From a virus: DNA of 64,000 nucleotides. Numbering within the stretch: the first letter of the stretch is position 1; the number at the start of each line of letters is the position of its first letter. The stretch lies in the IMG/VR virus record IMGVR_UViG_3300027754_000044; one strand, written 5' to 3'. Below are positions 17,165 through 27,248 of the stretch, piece after piece. The notes under the pieces are model-generated. The model ran no database searches and had not been told where the DNA came from. It worked only from the letters and a program-made list of their open reading frames with translations. A program made the position numbers and the translations under genes.

Positions 17165-18608
17165 TGGAATCCTTTAGTTTAATAGTGTAAATTTGATACG
17201 GGAAGGATTCTTCATTATACATCCTAACGCGTTCTATAAGATGACTTAATGTGAAGTTCTTATTCTTTTTCAAAGATAGATCATCTGCGATGTCGAATAG
17301 TTTGCAAGAAACTTTCGTATCACTAACTCTAAGCCCACGACCAATTGACTGCAAAGTTCTAATCCTACTCTTGGTGGGACTTGCAAATATAATATTATGA
17401 AGATTTTTAATATTTATACCTGTTGAAAATGTTCCAAACGAAGCTACGATTATGCTATCGCTCGAACGTTCTACCAAACCACGAATATTTTCTCTTTCAT
17501 CTCCATCAACATCTCCACTAACAAAATAGCAAGAATGTGTAGGATCATTTTTCTCACGTATCATGTCATATAGTATTTGACCGTGTTTTTCAACAAACGT
17601 ATAGAGTAATAATGTATTTCCTTTTAACGACAGAGCAAGATTCGTTATAAACTTATTCCTAGCAGAATTAGAAATAATGTATTCGATCTCTTCCGGATAT
17701 GTTCTATCTGCTGCATTTTGTTTTGGATGTTTCAGTATGATAATTTTAATATCGATAGAAGCGAGTTTACCAGAATCAATGAGCTCACTTGTCTGGATTA
17801 TTCTTTCTATTTTTCCAAATAAACCAAGCAACACTAATTCGTGAACCTGAGCGCCATCTAGAGTTCCAGTCATGCCAAATCTATACTGGGTATTGATCAT
17901 CTTACCCATAATACCAGTCAAGCTCTTTGCTTTAAAATTATGCGCTTCATCACCAATGACAACTTGAAAGTCCGAAAAGAATTCCTGTGGCATATTATAC
18001 ATCGACTGCCAAGTGGAGATCGTAATCTTTCCAGTTGTTTCTTTTTCAATGCCGGAAACAACTTGATGTATAGGTTCTTTATAACCATACGAAATAAAAT
18101 CTTTTGCTAATTGAGCGACAAGAGATATCGTCGGGACTACGATTAGCGTCTTTACATTATACCATCTAACTATCAAGTATGCTATTAATGATTTTCCACT
18201 AGCTGTCGGAGAAATTAAAACTGATCTTTTATTTCTTACTGCTAAGGTAAATGCTCTGATTTGATGTTCGTGAGGAACGACTGGCAATTTCAATGAGCTT
18301 ATAAATTCATTCGCTTCTGTTAAAGATATCTCATCATTGCATTGTAAATCTTCGTGCGCTTCATAACTATATGATCGCTCATTTGCAAATTCTTCAATCG
18401 CAGAATGAAGTCCAGCAAATGTGGTATTATTTCTAGAGTCAATCAAACGCATTTTTCCATCCCAATGACGACTCTTATAGGATGGCATGAATTTTGCACC
18501 AGGAACATCGAATGTGAATCTTTCTGAGATCTCCCTCAGTATTCCTTGATTTGTTTCTATTTTGATCCTAGATTCATTGATCTTGTGGATTATTATATCA
18601 GATGACAA
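17157..18608 (-). CDS. uvsW: UvsW helicase
   Basis: WDGK.RL, SPTASGKS, DEAH, TGT, QSIGRGLR. Confidence 0.96.
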   Translation of the reverse strand: MSSDIIIHKINESRIKIETNQGILREISERFTFDVPGAKFMPSYKSRHWDGKMRLIDSRNNTTFAGLHSAIEEFANERSYSYEAHEDLQCNDEISLTEANEFISSLKLPVVPHEHQIRAFTLAVRNKRSVLISPTASGKSLIAYLIVRWYNVKTLIVVPTISLVAQLAKDFISYGYKEPIHQVVSGIEKETTGKITISTWQSMYNMPQEFFSDFQVVIGDEAHNFKAKSLTGIMGKMINTQYRFGMTGTLDGAQVHELVLLGLFGKIERIIQTSELIDSGKLASIDIKIIILKHPKQNAADRTYPEEIEYIISNSARNKFITNLALSLKGNTLLLYTFVEKHGQILYDMIREKNDPTHSCYFVSGDVDGDERENIRGLVERSSDSIIVASFGTFSTGINIKNLHNIIFASPTKSRIRTLQSIGRGLRVSDTKVSCKLFDIADDLSLKKNKNFTLSHLIERVRMYNEESFPYQIYTIKLKDSNE

Positions 18609-18610
18609 AT

Positions 18611-19054
18611 TTATGCACCAAGGGTTAACCGACGCCAGTCGATTGCATTTTTAATTTGATAACCTCTAGAATTAATAGATTTCATAATTTCCTCTAGCGC
18701 CAAAACTTTTACTTCGAGAAGGGATATCTTAGCGTCAATAGAAATTATCGACTCATCTAATTCTACATTAATCATAATCTCATTCTTAAGAGTTTTTCCT
18801 AAGAATTGTTCTCGACCAAGATCAGCTAATTCTTGCTGAGTTGCAGATCCAGAATAGTAATTTCGCAATCTTGAAATGATTTGTTTTTTCTGACTCTGAT
18901 ATCCACGAAGGAGTCTTCGATCATTAGACAGTAATGTTATATACTTCGCATGCAAATTTGGTATGCGAACGGACTCCTTGTCTAGATTCAAGTCATCTAG
19001 CTCGGTATCGTTTTTCCACTCAGTTAGAATTTCATCAATTTTCATAAGCACCAT
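18611..19054 (-). CDS. uvsY: Recombination mediator UvsY
   Basis: W..D..LD, IP.LHAKY, RGYQIKNAIDW. Confidence 0.93.
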   Translation of the reverse strand: MVLMKIDEILTEWKNDTELDDLNLDKESVRIPNLHAKYITLLSNDRRLLRGYQSQKKQIISRLRNYYSGSATQQELADLGREQFLGKTLKNEIMINVELDESIISIDAKISLLEVKVLALEEIMKSINSRGYQIKNAIDWRRLTLGA

Positions 19055-19081
19055 TATATAATAAATTACGAAGAAAGTAAA
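19053..19081 (-). promoter_or_regulatory. Sigma70-like promoter for uvsY
   Basis: TTTACT-N17-TATAAT; implies the true uvsY start is the ATG slightly downstream. Confidence 0.5.
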
Positions 19082-19105
19082 GACTTATTTTTGGCTAGAG
19101 ACAAC

Positions 19106-19157
19106 CCTTGACAATTAGGTCGATTTATAACATAATACAGGTGTTCCGAAGGGTCAT
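19106..19157 (+). promoter_or_regulatory. Antisense-oriented sigma70 promoter element, copy 1
   Basis: CCTTGACAATTAG..CATAAT (17-nt spacer) then ACAGGTGTTCCGAAGGGTCAT. Confidence 0.7.
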
Positions 19158-19161
19158 CATA

Positions 19162-19704
19162 TTAGGCGATCCTCTCTATGGCGTAACGTCTGTATCTAAA
19201 AGTAGCAGTGGCTTCAAGATAATCAATATCAGACGAAGTCGTATCAAAAGCCAACTCTGTTAAGTCCGTAGGAAACATATCATAGAAAAATATATTAATC
19301 GATGGATTTCTATTACTCGTCTGAATATTTAGTGTGCCGTCTGAAACGAAAGATGCCGCACTTCCTAAACGACGAATAGGCCCAGGCATATTTTCAGACA
19401 GCTGTCTTGTTTGATCTAATGAGTTTGGGTGACCTAAGCCTATCATCCAATCATGAATTTCGATGTAGTTTTTAAAATCTTCATCTACTCTAAATGAAAT
19501 TGGAATCGTAGCATAAGTCAATTTATCGCCAGCCCTAGGAAGAACACCAAAGGGAGTTTGTGTTTCCACTACGCTGAGTGAAATACTAGGTAGAGAAACT
19601 TTCTGACAAAAATAATTTACGTTAGGTAGTTTCTTTAATGAAAAGCGAAATCCTAACTGCGATAAATAATTTAAATTCGTTGGCTGATTATCAGAAATAC
19701 TCAT
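19162..19704 (-). CDS. gp3: Tail completion / tube terminator protein
   Basis: NYLS..GF.F, YFCQ.V.LP, GDKL.Y, F.VDED..NY.EIHDW, FP..L..L.F. Confidence 0.88.
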   Translation of the reverse strand: MSISDNQPTNLNYLSQLGFRFSLKKLPNVNYFCQKVSLPSISLSVVETQTPFGVLPRAGDKLTYATIPISFRVDEDFKNYIEIHDWMIGLGHPNSLDQTRQLSENMPGPIRRLGSAASFVSDGTLNIQTSNRNPSINIFFYDMFPTDLTELAFDTTSSDIDYLEATATFRYRRYAIERIA

Positions 19705-19731
19705 AGTTTATTTTTCCGTTCAAAACTATAT

Positions 19732-20118
19732 TTAGTATTTTTTAACAACCCTTTTTCTACGAACTTTAGGTGCTGCAGGTTTCATTGCTTCGTCTAGATT
19801 ATTTATTGCAGTCGCAACTTGAATTACGTCTAGCTTATTTTGTTCAACTTTGATAAAAACTCTAGCAAACATACCCAATACGCTCCAAGCACAAAATCCA
19901 ATTATTGCGCCTGATATAGCATGATACTCAACTGCGTCTGACCAATTCATAGTGTCGATCATGAGAGTTGATCCTATGATTGCAGCTCCTGTGGATATTC
20001 CACCTCTAATGGTAGCATCTAATAATGTTGAAGGTTTCATGAACGCCATGACTGATAATCCTCCGAAAAGCCCGCCAGCTGCTGCGGCTAGTTTAGCACC
20101 AATAAAAGTCATGGACAT
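19732..20118 (-). CDS. Multi-TM membrane protein with basic C-terminus, holin-like
   Basis: Three Gly/Ala-rich hydrophobic segments, KVRRKRVVKKY tail. Confidence 0.5.
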   Translation of the reverse strand: MSMTFIGAKLAAAAGGLFGGLSVMAFMKPSTLLDATIRGGISTGAAIIGSTLMIDTMNWSDAVEYHAISGAIIGFCAWSVLGMFARVFIKVEQNKLDVIQVATAINNLDEAMKPAAPKVRRKRVVKKY

Positions 20119-20128
20119 AGGATTCCTT

Positions 20129-20222
20129 AAAAAAATGGGAGCTTTTACACCCCCATTAAGTATACCACAATTATAGTTATAAATTCAAAAAAAACCCCAG
20201 AATCTCTTCCAGGGCCTTTTTT
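20129..20222 (-). terminator. Two tandem terminator-like hairpins downstream of gp23
   Basis: GGCCCTGGA-agaga-TTCTGGGG then T8; AATGGGGGT-gtaaaa-GCTCCCATT then T5. Confidence 0.7.
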
Positions 20223-20246
20223 ATCTTGCAGTAAGACTTTTCAGAA

Positions 20247-21632
20247 TTACATCAAGTTTGTTACAGCGACAAAGCGATAGTATTTATTGCCATCGCCGCT
20301 GCCTAGACGGGCAGGAATACCATTCGCATCATTTGTTGCGAACGGATTAGCAACCATACCATAACGTGTTTTGAAGCCAATCTTTGGTTGGAATGTATCT
20401 TGACCAACCGCACGAACCATTTGGAGGGGAACGTATGGGCAGTAGAACAGACCAGCATCGAACGCTGAACTTCCTTTGTAACCGAGCGTGAAGTATTGCT
20501 TGCCGGTTGACGAAGAGAAATATGGATCGATGTAAACTTTGATACGACCGTTCAATGTTCCAGCAAAAGTGCTTCCAGTGTCATCAACTTGAAGATTTAC
20601 AGCCATCGCTGGAGTGTAATCAAGAACACCAGCCATTTGAAGAGCAGAAGCAACATCAGATGAACAAATCATGATGTTAGCTTTGCCACGACGTGTAGCT
20701 TTTGCAATCTGGTTCGCATCACGTTCGATTTGGAACAGAAGACCCTTGAACTTCTCAACCATCCAACGACCGTTTGAATCGGTATCAAGATTGAACGTTC
20801 CAGCAGTTGTTACGTTTTCTTGTGCACCAGCAGTGGCTGAGTAATTGATTGTGCGGATAACTTCACGGTTAATTTCAGCAAGAACTTCAGCCGAAAGAAT
20901 ATTTGAAAGTTCTGTTTCTGCATCAAGACCATGAACAGCTTTTAGATCCTGTGCAAGTTCCATTGTGTATTCAGCTTTTAGAGCACGGCTAACTGCAGTG
21001 ACGGCAATCTTTTCGATCGAGAATGCCATTTCTTGGAATTGATGATTAGCACCATATCCGAGAGATTCAGCAGAAGTCGTTGTCATACCTGTCTCAACGG
21101 TGTATCCTGATCCTGAAGCGCGGGCTGTAGGATCATTACCTGTTTGACCAGTTCCACCAGATGCGTTAGCAGCTTGGATAGAAGCAGTGTTACCAGCAGC
21201 TGAACCAGAGAACGTAGTATTGGCTTCGTTGAACAGAGCTTCTGTGCCAGTCTGATTGGTAAAGCGTGAACGCATTGCAAAAATCAAACCAGTAGGACCA
21301 GTCATTGGCTGAACGCCGCAGATGTCATAAGCGATTAGATTAGGCATTGAACGACGAACCAGCGAGATCAGAACTGGATCGAAAGTATCGATCGCGCCTG
21401 CTGAAGCTGTTGAGCTTGAAGCGCCCATTGCGTTAGTTGGTGAAGCAATTGCCTCGCCTAGTAGTGATGTACCACGATAGCCGCCTGAACCATAACCGTC
21501 TTCGCGTGACGACTTTTCTTGATTTTCAAGAAGAGTGGCCATTACGTTTCTGCGATGTGAATCGCGAATTGCTGGAAGGTCTGGGTGCTCTAGAACTGGC
21601 AGCCATTTTTGAATAAGATGTTCTGAACTCAT
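20247..21632 (-). CDS. gp23: Major capsid protein
   Basis: KW.PVL, LLENQE, DPVLISLVRR, GVQPMTGPTGLIFAMRS, RALKAEYT.ELAQDLKAVHGLDAE, YCPYVPLQM, QPKIGFKTRYG; TATAAATA at 21672-21679. Confidence 0.99.
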   Translation of the reverse strand: MSSEHLIQKWLPVLEHPDLPAIRDSHRRNVMATLLENQEKSSREDGYGSGGYRGTSLLGEAIASPTNAMGASSSTASAGAIDTFDPVLISLVRRSMPNLIAYDICGVQPMTGPTGLIFAMRSRFTNQTGTEALFNEANTTFSGSAAGNTASIQAANASGGTGQTGNDPTARASGSGYTVETGMTTTSAESLGYGANHQFQEMAFSIEKIAVTAVSRALKAEYTMELAQDLKAVHGLDAETELSNILSAEVLAEINREVIRTINYSATAGAQENVTTAGTFNLDTDSNGRWMVEKFKGLLFQIERDANQIAKATRRGKANIMICSSDVASALQMAGVLDYTPAMAVNLQVDDTGSTFAGTLNGRIKVYIDPYFSSSTGKQYFTLGYKGSSAFDAGLFYCPYVPLQMVRAVGQDTFQPKIGFKTRYGMVANPFATNDANGIPARLGSGDGNKYYRFVAVTNLM

Positions 21633-21684
21633 AATTTCTCCTTTTTTTCTTGGGAAAGTTTCTTCATTAATTATTTATAAAAAG

Positions 21685-23070
21685 TTATTTCTTAACTGAG
21701 CGGCTAATTGCTGCAGAGTATACTTGCATGCTTGGATCTAGTTTCTTTTCCGATGTCTCATTTGTTTCGATAAATTCTTCATCAAGTGTAGTTCTGCTTT
21801 CTGTTACTTCTTCGCTACGGCTCTCGAAAAAACTAGTGCGAATCGTTTCGAGTTTTTGTTTGTAGCTTTCTGCATCTTCATAATCAACTGCTTCAGCAAG
21901 AGATTCAAATTTTGCAATTTGCATCTCGGTGAGACCTTCGGAAACATCTACGAAAGCAATTTCACGCTCAAACTTTTCTACTTGTTTCTTGAGTTCAATA
22001 TTTTTTTGCATTTGTTCGTCAAGAGTAGCTGTGAGCTGCTCAACTTCACTAGCAAGCTCTTCAACAACTTCAACTTTTTCTTCTGGGATATCAATCCAGT
22101 TTTCTGCGAATAGATTGCGAAGACCGCTGAGGAAATTCTCTGTAACTTCTGAACGAAGACCAGATTCAACAGCTAGTTTATTTTCTTGCATCCACTGCTC
22201 AACAACATAATCAAGATACTCGTCGATCTTTGTTGTTAGACCTTCTTCAATTCTTTGCATTTCTTCAGCATGTTCTTCTTCAGCTTGCTCAGCGATTTCT
22301 GCGAGCTTCATATTAACTGCTGATACAACAGCTGTTTCGAAGATTTCAGTGGCTTGCGCTTTGAATTCTTCTGAAAGATCTGAACCAGAAAAAGCTGCGG
22401 CGATATCTTCACTAACATCGATATCATCGCGAGAAATTTTTGTAACTGATTCTTCTTTCTTGAGAGATCTCATTTTTAATTTCTTTCTCATGATTTTATG
22501 ATCAGATGCAGCCATCGCGTTGAGGGCGGATTGATGTTTTTCTAGAGCAGCCTTATGAAATTTTCCTTCGGGTGTATTCAACTTCCCCTGTGTACCTAAA
22601 GTTCGCAGAGTTTTCCGATGATGATCTGCTTCTTTATAGTGGTGCATATCAATAGCGGCGAGGCGCCCCTCAAATTCCGGATTATCTGAATTATAATTTG
22701 CTTCATCCATCATTTCGTATTCTTCTTTCTTCATTTTCTTTTTCATCATTTTAGCGATGAGAGCTTTGTCTTCTTTTTCGTCCTCATGACCTTCATCATA
22801 TTTTTCATCCAATTCAGCTTCATCCATCGAAGCTAATTGCTGCTCTACATCTTCTTTCTTCATCTTAGAAAGTTTCGACATAACAGCATTGATCATGCTA
22901 ATTTTGGTTTTTGAACCAGATGATCCTTGCGGAATTGACTCCGGAGATTCATCACCATTGCTTTGAACTTTACCTGGTGCTGCAGCATTTTTACTGACAG
23001 CATCAGCAACCTCTGCGTTAACTCCAAAAGAGGACTTAACTTCTTTAATTTCTTGATTTTGAATCGTCAT
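21685..23070 (-). CDS. gp22: Prohead core scaffold protein with a 90-aa insertion
   Basis: LSEEFK..A..IFE.AV, YL.YVVE.WM.EN.LAVE.G, F..GL..LF.E; TATAAATA at 23105-23112. Confidence 0.93.
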   Translation of the reverse strand: MTIQNQEIKEVKSSFGVNAEVADAVSKNAAAPGKVQSNGDESPESIPQGSSGSKTKISMINAVMSKLSKMKKEDVEQQLASMDEAELDEKYDEGHEDEKEDKALIAKMMKKKMKKEEYEMMDEANYNSDNPEFEGRLAAIDMHHYKEADHHRKTLRTLGTQGKLNTPEGKFHKAALEKHQSALNAMAASDHKIMRKKLKMRSLKKEESVTKISRDDIDVSEDIAAAFSGSDLSEEFKAQATEIFETAVVSAVNMKLAEIAEQAEEEHAEEMQRIEEGLTTKIDEYLDYVVEQWMQENKLAVESGLRSEVTENFLSGLRNLFAENWIDIPEEKVEVVEELASEVEQLTATLDEQMQKNIELKKQVEKFEREIAFVDVSEGLTEMQIAKFESLAEAVDYEDAESYKQKLETIRTSFFESRSEEVTESRTTLDEEFIETNETSEKKLDPSMQVYSAAISRSVKK

Positions 23071-23124
23071 AGATTTCTCCTCACTTATTTTTGGATTCTA
23101 TCTTTATTTATAAAAACTCTAAGG

Positions 23125-23793
23125 CTAACGTCCTGAAAGTTTTTTCATAAAGTTAGAAAATACTTGAATAGAAGCAGCTTCTGTTTGTCTACGTGCAGCA
23201 GCTTCATTTACAGTTCTTTTCATTCTATCAATTTCATTCTCTTTAATGATACCATTCTCCCAAATCCATTCTTTCCCTTCCATAATACCATGGACGAAAG
23301 CGTCATGAGCTGAAGGATCAGCAACTATATCTGCTGGAGTAGCCAAATGGAAATCGCTTTGAACTTCCTTAACGCCTCTCAGTGTAGCATGTTCTTTCAA
23401 CGATCCTAAACCCCGAGTAGAAACGCCCAATCTTGCACCATCAGCCATCAAATTAGCTGCAATATTTCCATATGGAGTATTTGAAATTTTGGCGCGACCG
23501 ATGAAATTATCGCCCTCGCGCTTCAAACTCTTAATCATGTGCGATACACGCTCTAGGTTGATATTTGGTCCAGAAGGATGTCCTAGTTCTCCATAGGCAC
23601 GATTCTGATCTATGTAATCTTTAGTATATCTATCAGCTTCGCGCTGCAGAGTTTCTGTTGAATAGATTCTTTTGTTTTTATTTTCTTTATTACCTTGCAT
23701 GAAAACGCCTTCAATGAACCAACTCTTACCACCTTGATCGTTGGCTTCAGAAATAATTCTTACGTCTTCATTTATTTCAGTCATTAGTAACAT
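23125..23793 (-). CDS. gp21: Prohead protease
   Basis: IEGVFMQ, N.N.R.Y, GELGHP, RVSH, GVSTRGLGSL, DIVADPSA. Confidence 0.97.
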   Translation of the reverse strand: MLLMTEINEDVRIISEANDQGGKSWFIEGVFMQGNKENKNKRIYSTETLQREADRYTKDYIDQNRAYGELGHPSGPNINLERVSHMIKSLKREGDNFIGRAKISNTPYGNIAANLMADGARLGVSTRGLGSLKEHATLRGVKEVQSDFHLATPADIVADPSAHDAFVHGIMEGKEWIWENGIIKENEIDRMKRTVNEAAARRQTEAASIQVFSNFMKKLSGR

Positions 23794-24176
23794 TAGTAGA
23801 TACTCCCGCCAGTTACTGCGCTGCGTTTGTGTAATTTGATAATCATCGTTGAAGGACCCGCGCCAGTTTTTGTAACAACCACGTTTGCGCTTGGTTCACC
23901 ACCTTGAGTGTCGATAAGCATTCCATCGTTGAGGGCCCAGTTATCCCCGCCGGATAGAACTGCAACAGTGTTTGCGCCACGTTTGATTGTGTAGAATGCA
24001 CCATTGGATATAGAGAATTTTATATCAACAATATTCATTGTTTGAACAGTTTCGCCAGGTCCGTTTGCACCTAAACCTGCGCCTGAATTATTTAGATAAA
24101 ATGCTCCACCAGATCCTACATTGATGGTAACATAACCATTCTTGATGCTCTTATTTGTAATTGTATTCTGTGCCAT
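23793..24176 (-). CDS. Hypothetical head-region protein
   Basis: Beta-rich ORF coupled to gp21. Confidence 0.6.
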   Translation of the reverse strand: MAQNTITNKSIKNGYVTINVGSGGAFYLNNSGAGLGANGPGETVQTMNIVDIKFSISNGAFYTIKRGANTVAVLSGGDNWALNDGMLIDTQGGEPSANVVVTKTGAGPSTMIIKLHKRSAVTGGSIY

Positions 24177-24177
24177 A

Positions 24178-25191
24178 TTATACCGCCTTCGCTGACTTGT
24201 CTACGAAATGCAGGACTTTCATGAATCCAACAACGTCTGAATTCATTTTTATTTTCATTTGTTTTGCATTTTCTGGACTGAGTTTATTATAAGCAGCAAC
24301 AATTTTTCCAGCAGACTGTGAATTTACTAAACCAGTTTCGCCGTTTTTGAATTTTAGATTTCCTGATTTATTCGATGAAGCAAGAGCTTTTAAACTTGAA
24401 AAAACATCTTCATTCATTTCGATCTGATCAACTTCTTCTGCCACACCTTGCTTTTTGTTTGCTAACTTATCTAACTTGTCACTTTGTTTTTTAAACTTTT
24501 CTGATTTGATCACACGATCCCGAGCAATCTTTGTCTGATCAAGAGATCCTTTTTCATCGCCGTCTATGTCACGGAGCGAGCGGGCTTTAGAACGTGAACG
24601 ACCAGCAAGACGACGATAGTTAGCACTACGAATTTTTAAAATCTCTGCTGGCGAAAAAAAGCCTTCCGCCACATCTTCTTCTTTAAGTGTCGAAAGGTGT
24701 TTATCCAAACTAGAAAAATTATCTTCACTATCACCTGTTTTATTAGTTCCTTTATGATGCCATTCGCCATAACGATTAATAGAGATTTTACCTTTAGTAG
24801 GATGTTCCATTCCAGCACCATAGGCTGTAGTCGTATATTTCATGCCGTGTTTTTTAGCAATAGAATCTAGACTCTCATCAATCTGTTCTTCTTCTTTAAC
24901 TTGAAAAAGTTTTGTAGGACCAGGTTGACTAGAGTTACCTTGACGGACTGGTTGCTTTTCACCATCCGCGCGATGAGTTGCTGGCTTCATATTTGGAGAA
25001 AAATGATCATTGTCTTTTAATTTATTGGCTTTGATCTGGACATCCAATCCATGAGCGTCTCTGAAATCCTGCTCGCCTTTAATTCTGGACGTGCCAAAAA
25101 GATCAGACTCTTTATCTTTTGTAGTGGTTTGTGCTTTGGCTGCTTTGTCTTTCGCAGCTTCACGAAGCTCACTAAATTTTCTAATTTTCAT
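24178..25191 (-). CDS. Modular prohead core/internal protein
   Basis: MKIRKFSELREA start; Lys-rich modules separated by Glu-rich linkers; located between gp67-like and gp21. Confidence 0.65.
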   Translation of the reverse strand: MKIRKFSELREAAKDKAAKAQTTTKDKESDLFGTSRIKGEQDFRDAHGLDVQIKANKLKDNDHFSPNMKPATHRADGEKQPVRQGNSSQPGPTKLFQVKEEEQIDESLDSIAKKHGMKYTTTAYGAGMEHPTKGKISINRYGEWHHKGTNKTGDSEDNFSSLDKHLSTLKEEDVAEGFFSPAEILKIRSANYRRLAGRSRSKARSLRDIDGDEKGSLDQTKIARDRVIKSEKFKKQSDKLDKLANKKQGVAEEVDQIEMNEDVFSSLKALASSNKSGNLKFKNGETGLVNSQSAGKIVAAYNKLSPENAKQMKIKMNSDVVGFMKVLHFVDKSAKAV

Positions 25192-25363
25192 CAGACGGCT
25201 CTTCCTCTGTTGATGTTCCGAATAACTTTGAAGCGACCTGTGATCTTTCCATATCAATCCTGTCGCTCAATCTAGCCAATAATTCGCTAGAGATCGCGTC
25301 TTTAAATTCATTTGGATGCTCATTCGAAAGAGCATCGATTGCAGTTGCGATATTATCACTCAT
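25181..25363 (-). CDS. Small acidic prohead core protein (gp67-like)
   Basis: F...I...L..R..D.ID..R..VA..LF pattern; late promoter at 25390-25397. Confidence 0.7.
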   Translation of the reverse strand: MSDNIATAIDALSNEHPNEFKDAISSELLARLSDRIDMERSQVASKLFGTSTEEEPSDEN

Positions 25364-25407
25364 ATGAATATTCTCCAGTTATGTTTATCTATTTATAAAA
25401 AATGATT

Positions 25408-25707
25408 CTATAAGGCGATCGAATCTTTTGGAAGATATCCATTTTCTACTAGATGTGGAACAATTGTTCCACACGCTTCGCTTTGTTTGGCTCTCATGAA
25501 ATTTATAAAATCTATAACACACTTTTCTGAACTGTCAATTTTTTTAAAATATTCTTCTCCATATTTTTGAATTATTTTTTGAGACCATATTGGTTTAAAG
25601 TAGAATAGTATTTCATCTTCGGACCAAGTCATATATGTTTCAGAAACACAATTTTTAGCTGGTCCGGTATTAAATTCTTTTTTATCAAGAAATGTATAGT
25701 ATCTCAA
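25408..25707 (-). CDS. Hypothetical protein
   Basis: TTG start with GGAGG SD. Confidence 0.55.
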   Translation of the reverse strand: MRYYTFLDKKEFNTGPAKNCVSETYMTWSEDEILFYFKPIWSQKIIQKYGEEYFKKIDSSEKCVIDFINFMRAKQSEACGTIVPHLVENGYLPKDSIAL

Positions 25708-25718
25708 AATTCCTCCAA

Positions 25719-27248
25719 TTATGGCGAAAAGAAATGTAGAAAATTTAAGGTGGCGGCAGTTACAGTAACCTGATAGATCAATATGATAGCACCAACACCA
25801 CCTTTTCCTCCAGCCTTGATGTGTCCAGTACTGGCGCCGATAATTGGTCCTATTGGATGCGGATTGGGGGCCACGCGGGACGCGCCGCGCGAGGCCGCGC
25901 CGGCACCGCCACCACCTCCGCCAAAATCACCACCAGCACCACCATTACCGTTCATTAAAACGTATGGATAATAAATATCAGAATATCCTGCAGGTACTGC
26001 AGGACTATTTTGCCCAGTGCCTGTATATAACGTTGACACCGCTGAACCACCACCACCACCACCACCGCCAGCACCACCACCTAAAGAATTTGGTGGATTA
26101 TAAGGTGAAGTATATATTCCAAGTCTAGTTTGATCTGTCCCAACCATACTAGTTAATGCAAAAGAACCTCTAAACTCATCATAACCTGATCCACCTGGTG
26201 CTCCATTTCTTGCTGGATATGGGCTGGAAGTGTAATTACTTAGAGCTGATGGCCATCCTGGCGCGCCAAACCCTGGACTATAATTTTGAAGCGAAAAATT
26301 ATTTACATATCCACCACCATCACCTCCAAAGCCGCCTCCTTGAGTAGATTGAGTTGGACTTAAATTGGTTGAATTATACCCATAACCATCATATGGTGTT
26401 GCAGTTCCATCTGCTCCAGCGCCGCCTTGGGTAAGCGCCGGAGCAGCAAACTGTTTTAAAATTCCAGCACTTTTTACACCGCCACCTGGAGTTCCACACC
26501 AGCGGTAATACATTGCGGCATTTGGAAAAGTTGCTGATACTACTTGATTAGCTCCGGCGTAGCCTACACCATATTGACTTCCGCATGCACCTCCACCCGA
26601 TCCACCGGTGTTTTTGCCATCCTGATGTAAATAGGATTTGTATGTTAGACCACCAGCGCCTCCAGCAGAACTTAAATAATTGGTACCACTTGCTCCGTAT
26701 GCTGCAGAGAGAGCTCCTCCAGTACCACCTGGGTTGAGTGTGTTGGTCCCAGATGATGTAGTAGTGCTTTGGCCACCACCGCCACCCGTGATAGAGATAC
26801 CATATCCTCCCCCGACGGTAGGTAAATAATTTTGCGAATTTACAGTATTGATCCACGTTGTTCCGCCAGCAGTTCCGTGTGCAGTTTGTCCAGCGCTCGG
26901 CGAGGTACTAGTATATGTGCCTGGGCTGCCTGGTCCGCCAGCACCAATACCATAATAAACTGTCGAGCTAGCTGTGTATCCTGACGGATATGTGCTTGGT
27001 AAAATAGTAGCCCATGCGCCGCCGCCGCCACCAGCACCACCACCACTGCCAGGTTGAAATGATGAAGAATAGTTCGTTCCTCCCCCACCACCACCACCGC
27101 TATATAAAAATACTTGAGCTTTATCTCTAAAAGGGACCGTTAGGGCATATGGTGCGCCTGGAAGATTTACACCTAATGGACCATTCGCCCAATCTGAAGG
27201 CCAAGTTGTTGAAGTTCCACTTTGAATCAAAACACATTTAATAGCCAT
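25719..27248 (-). CDS. Glycine-rich virion protein (polyglycine adhesin-like)
   Basis: Multiple poly-Gly runs separated by aromatic/Ser/Thr loops; C-terminal GG.G.I...Y. Confidence 0.7.
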   Translation of the reverse strand: MAIKCVLIQSGTSTTWPSDWANGPLGVNLPGAPYALTVPFRDKAQVFLYSGGGGGGGTNYSSSFQPGSGGGAGGGGGAWATILPSTYPSGYTASSTVYYGIGAGGPGSPGTYTSTSPSAGQTAHGTAGGTTWINTVNSQNYLPTVGGGYGISITGGGGGQSTTTSSGTNTLNPGGTGGALSAAYGASGTNYLSSAGGAGGLTYKSYLHQDGKNTGGSGGGACGSQYGVGYAGANQVVSATFPNAAMYYRWCGTPGGGVKSAGILKQFAAPALTQGGAGADGTATPYDGYGYNSTNLSPTQSTQGGGFGGDGGGYVNNFSLQNYSPGFGAPGWPSALSNYTSSPYPARNGAPGGSGYDEFRGSFALTSMVGTDQTRLGIYTSPYNPPNSLGGGAGGGGGGGGSAVSTLYTGTGQNSPAVPAGYSDIYYPYVLMNGNGGAGGDFGGGGGGAGAASRGASRVAPNPHPIGPIIGASTGHIKAGGKGGVGAIILIYQVTVTAATLNFLHFFSP

